Assembly (NCBI GenBank): GCA_041489925.1
Contig: JBGPSD010000001.1
Location: forward strand, 102,414-166,413
Direction: 5' to 3'
DNA: 64,000 nucleotides
Source of the DNA: Candidatus Nanoarchaeia archaeon
GTDB taxonomy: Archaea; Nanobdellota; Nanobdellia; Woesearchaeales; ARS49
The translations under genes were made by a program, and so were the position numbers. Shown here piece after piece: positions 61,758 through 64,000 of the stretch; within the stretch, counting starts at the first letter, position 1; the number at the start of each line of letters is the position of its first letter. The notes under the pieces are model-generated. The model had not been told where the DNA came from. It saw nothing but the letters and a program-made list of their open reading frames with translations, and did no database searches.

Positions 61758-61891
61758 AATGCTGTGCAAAATAATTCCCTTTAAATACTTATTGCGGTCC
61801 TGCGGACAGGGACGCTCGCTCTGAGTTCGGCTCTCCGCAAGCTCGAGCCTCACTCAATCGCTCGAAACTTATAAAAAGAAGTGCTTTCTTG

Positions 61892-62296
61892 ATGGCTATT
61901 ATGAAGAGCGTTGCAGTGAAGTTTCTTGGCATTGATATTGCAAATTTCAATGCCCGCGATGAGCACCTGGAAGTCAGGGTTCTTCTTAATGACGGCAAGG
62001 ACAAGCAGCTCATAAAGCAGCTTCACGTTGACGACCCTGCAGGCCAGGCTGATGAGATTATCAGGGAAGTCAGGGAAAAGCTCAAGAAATCCCACAGCAG
62101 CGGGCCTTCTTACAGCGATGACCCCCTTAGCGGCATCGTGCATATCAAGTGGCTGCAGGACGAGGAAATAATACAGGAGCGCCTGACAAAATTCCTCACA
62201 GCACTCAGGGAAAAAATGAGGAATGCAAAGAGAAAGAACATCAGCTATTATGATTTGGAACAGCAGATGCGGCTTCTCAAGACATCATTTGATTAG
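61892..62296 (+). CDS. hypothetical protein
   Basis: 134 aa. First ATG at 61892 (the track M at 61889 is a TTG). No motif. Confidence 0.45.
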   Translation: MAIMKSVAVKFLGIDIANFNARDEHLEVRVLLNDGKDKQLIKQLHVDDPAGQADEIIREVREKLKKSHSSGPSYSDDPLSGIVHIKWLQDEEIIQERLTKFLTALREKMRNAKRKNISYYDLEQQMRLLKTSFD

Positions 62297-64000
62297 AATT
62301 CTATTATTACCTTTATTCCCTTTACTATCTCTTCCTTGCCTTTGCCCTTTTCTATCTTCTCTGCGCAGGTTGTTGACTGCAGGTCGCCAAAGGCAGGCGT
62401 AATGTCCACTTCGCTTTCAACAACAATCTTTTTCACAGGCGCCTTCATTGACAGTTTGTTCTCTGACTTTTTCTTTCGCACTGCCGCAAGGACTGCAACC
62501 ACAACAGCGCCAACCTTGCCTGCGTCCTCATACTTTTTCGCCACTTTAGGCCACCCTGAAACGTGAACGCTTGGGAAACCCTCGTGCGCGTGCAGGTAAG
62601 CGTGATAAACTTCCTCTGTTATGAAAGGAGTAAACGGCGCGAACAGCCTGACAAGCGCGCCAAGGCACCTGAATATCACTGCCTGTGCGCTTTCCTTGTC
62701 TTCTGGCTTTTTTGGCTCATACAATCTCTGCTTTGAAAGCTCAAGATAGTTGTCGCAGAAGTCACTCCAGAAGAACTGCTCAATTATTGTTTTCGCGCGG
62801 GAATAATCATAAGCCTCAAATGCCTCAGTTGCCTCTTCAATTGTTATTGCGAGCCTGTGCTGTATCCACTTGTCAATCTCTGCTGTGGGCTCTTTCTTCT
62901 CAAGCTTTTTCAAATCAGCGTCTTTCAGGTGCATTGCAGCGAATTTTGCAGCGTTCCAGAACTTTGTAACAAATTTGTCTCCGGAAACAAGCTCTTTTTC
63001 CTGATATGCGACGTCCTCGCCGAGCTTTCCGCTGCCAGACCAGTACCTGAGTGCGTCAGCGCTGAACTTTGCAAGGATTGCCTGCGGCTCTATGATGTTT
63101 CCCTTGCTCTTGCTCATTTTTTCGCCAAGAGGGTCCATCACATAGCCTGAAATCATAACTTCCTTCCAGGGATTGCACTTGTAATGCAAACGGCTCTTCA
63201 CAAGAGTGTTGAAAAGCCAGAACGTGATAATGTCATGCGCCTGAGGCCTCAATGACATTGGGTAAAGCTTTTTGCGGTATTTCTCAGGAACAAGCTGGAT
63301 TGCAAGCTGAGGAGTCATGCTTGAAGTTGCCCAGGTGTCCAAAACGTCTTTTTCAGGGATAAATTTGTCATTTTTGCATTTGGGGCAGGTTTTTACCGGC
63401 GCCTTGTCCTTTAATGGGTCAACAGGAAGCTTTTTTTCATCGGCAAAAACAGGCTCGTCGCACTTTGAGCAGTACCAGACAGGGAATGGAACTCCGAAGA
63501 ACCTCTGCCTTGAGATAAGCCAGTCCCACTGCAAGCCCTTGACCCAGTTGTCAAAGCGGTGCTTCATGAATTCAGGGTGCCACTTTAGCTCTGCGCCCCA
63601 CTTGAGCATGTCTTCGCGGAGGTCAAGATACTTGATGAACCACTGCTTGCTGTTGATAATCTCGATTTCAGTTCCGCAGCGCTCGTGGACCTTGACAGGG
63701 TGTGTGATTGGCTTCTGGCCTTGCAACAATCCTGCTGATTTCAAGTCCTCAATAATCAGCTTGCGCGCCTTGTGCAGATGCATTCCCTTGTACTTGCCTG
63801 CGATTTCAGTCATGTTTCCATTCCTGTCAATCGCCTGCTTCAAAGGAAGCTTGTGCGCAAGATACCAGGCAATGTCTGTTGTGTCGCCAAATGTGCAGCA
63901 CATAACCAAACCTGTGCCTTTTGCAGGGTCTGCGCGCTCATCAGCAATAATAGGAACTTCAAAGTCAAACAATGGCACTTTTGCTTTCTTTCCGAATAGC
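62293..64000 (-). CDS. valS: valyl-tRNA synthetase, C-terminal ~570 aa (5' end beyond window)
   Basis: The frame stays open to nt 64000. GTGLVMCCTFGD, WLISRQRFFGVPFP and KMSKSKGN are class Ia motifs with archaeal ValRS flavour, and the C-terminal coiled-coil tail also fits. LeuRS or IleRS is not strictly excluded. Confidence 0.8.
   Translation of the reverse strand, partial: LFGKKAKVPLFDFEVPIIADERADPAKGTGLVMCCTFGDTTDIAWYLAHKLPLKQAIDRNGNMTEIAGKYKGMHLHKARKLIIEDLKSAGLLQGQKPITHPVKVHERCGTEIEIINSKQWFIKYLDLREDMLKWGAELKWHPEFMKHRFDNWVKGLQWDWLISRQRFFGVPFPVWYCSKCDEPVFADEKKLPVDPLKDKAPVKTCPKCKNDKFIPEKDVLDTWATSSMTPQLAIQLVPEKYRKKLYPMSLRPQAHDIITFWLFNTLVKSRLHYKCNPWKEVMISGYVMDPLGEKMSKSKGNIIEPQAILAKFSADALRYWSGSGKLGEDVAYQEKELVSGDKFVTKFWNAAKFAAMHLKDADLKKLEKKEPTAEIDKWIQHRLAITIEEATEAFEAYDYSRAKTIIEQFFWSDFCDNYLELSKQRLYEPKKPEDKESAQAVIFRCLGALVRLFAPFTPFITEEVYHAYLHAHEGFPSVHVSGWPKVAKKYEDAGKVGAVVVAVLAAVRKKKSENKLSMKAPVKKIVVESEVDITPAFGDLQSTTCAEKIEKGKGKEEIVKGIKVIIEF

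Overview
This is a compact, roughly 90% coding archaeal chromosomal window. The archaeal assignment rests on Orc1/Cdc6, the RFC large subunit, Cdc48, GatDE, deoxyhypusine synthase, Mre11, archaeal-type AspRS/GlyRS/ValRS and a FlaI/FlaJ-type filament locus. It is also supported by TATA/BRE-like boxes about 27 nt upstream of many start codons and an intron-containing tRNA. Many short unassignable genes and a few bacterial-type genes (Glk-type glucokinase, Zn-lid adenylate kinase, GGDEF) give it a small-genome, DPANN-like flavour; that label is inference, not a computed assignment. I support about 80 CDS, 6 tRNA genes (Pro with intron, Val, Arg, Thr, Asn, Phe; all on the minus strand), several promoter, operator and terminator-like elements, and no rRNA, CRISPR array or recognisable transposase or integrase. 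Candidates for something new, in order: (1) a cyclic-dinucleotide-type signalling neighbourhood at 33.1-37.4 kb, with a GAF-GGDEF carrying intact GGEEF and an RxxD I-site, a DHH/DHHA1 phosphoesterase, a degenerate GGDEF paralogue and an HD protein; this is unexpected in an archaeon. (2) A four-member family of N-terminally anchored Cys-motif proteins around it. (3) Three tandem diverged paralogues of an unassigned soluble family at 30.2-31.9 kb. (4) Three tandem paralogous membrane proteins next to a minimal type IV filament locus at 50.5-58.9 kb. (5) Start codons placed 0-4 nt after tRNA 3' ends (tRNA-punctuated leaderless mRNAs). (6) A two-repeat small basic protein with a structured leader. 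All functional calls come from motif recognition by eye. No searches were run.
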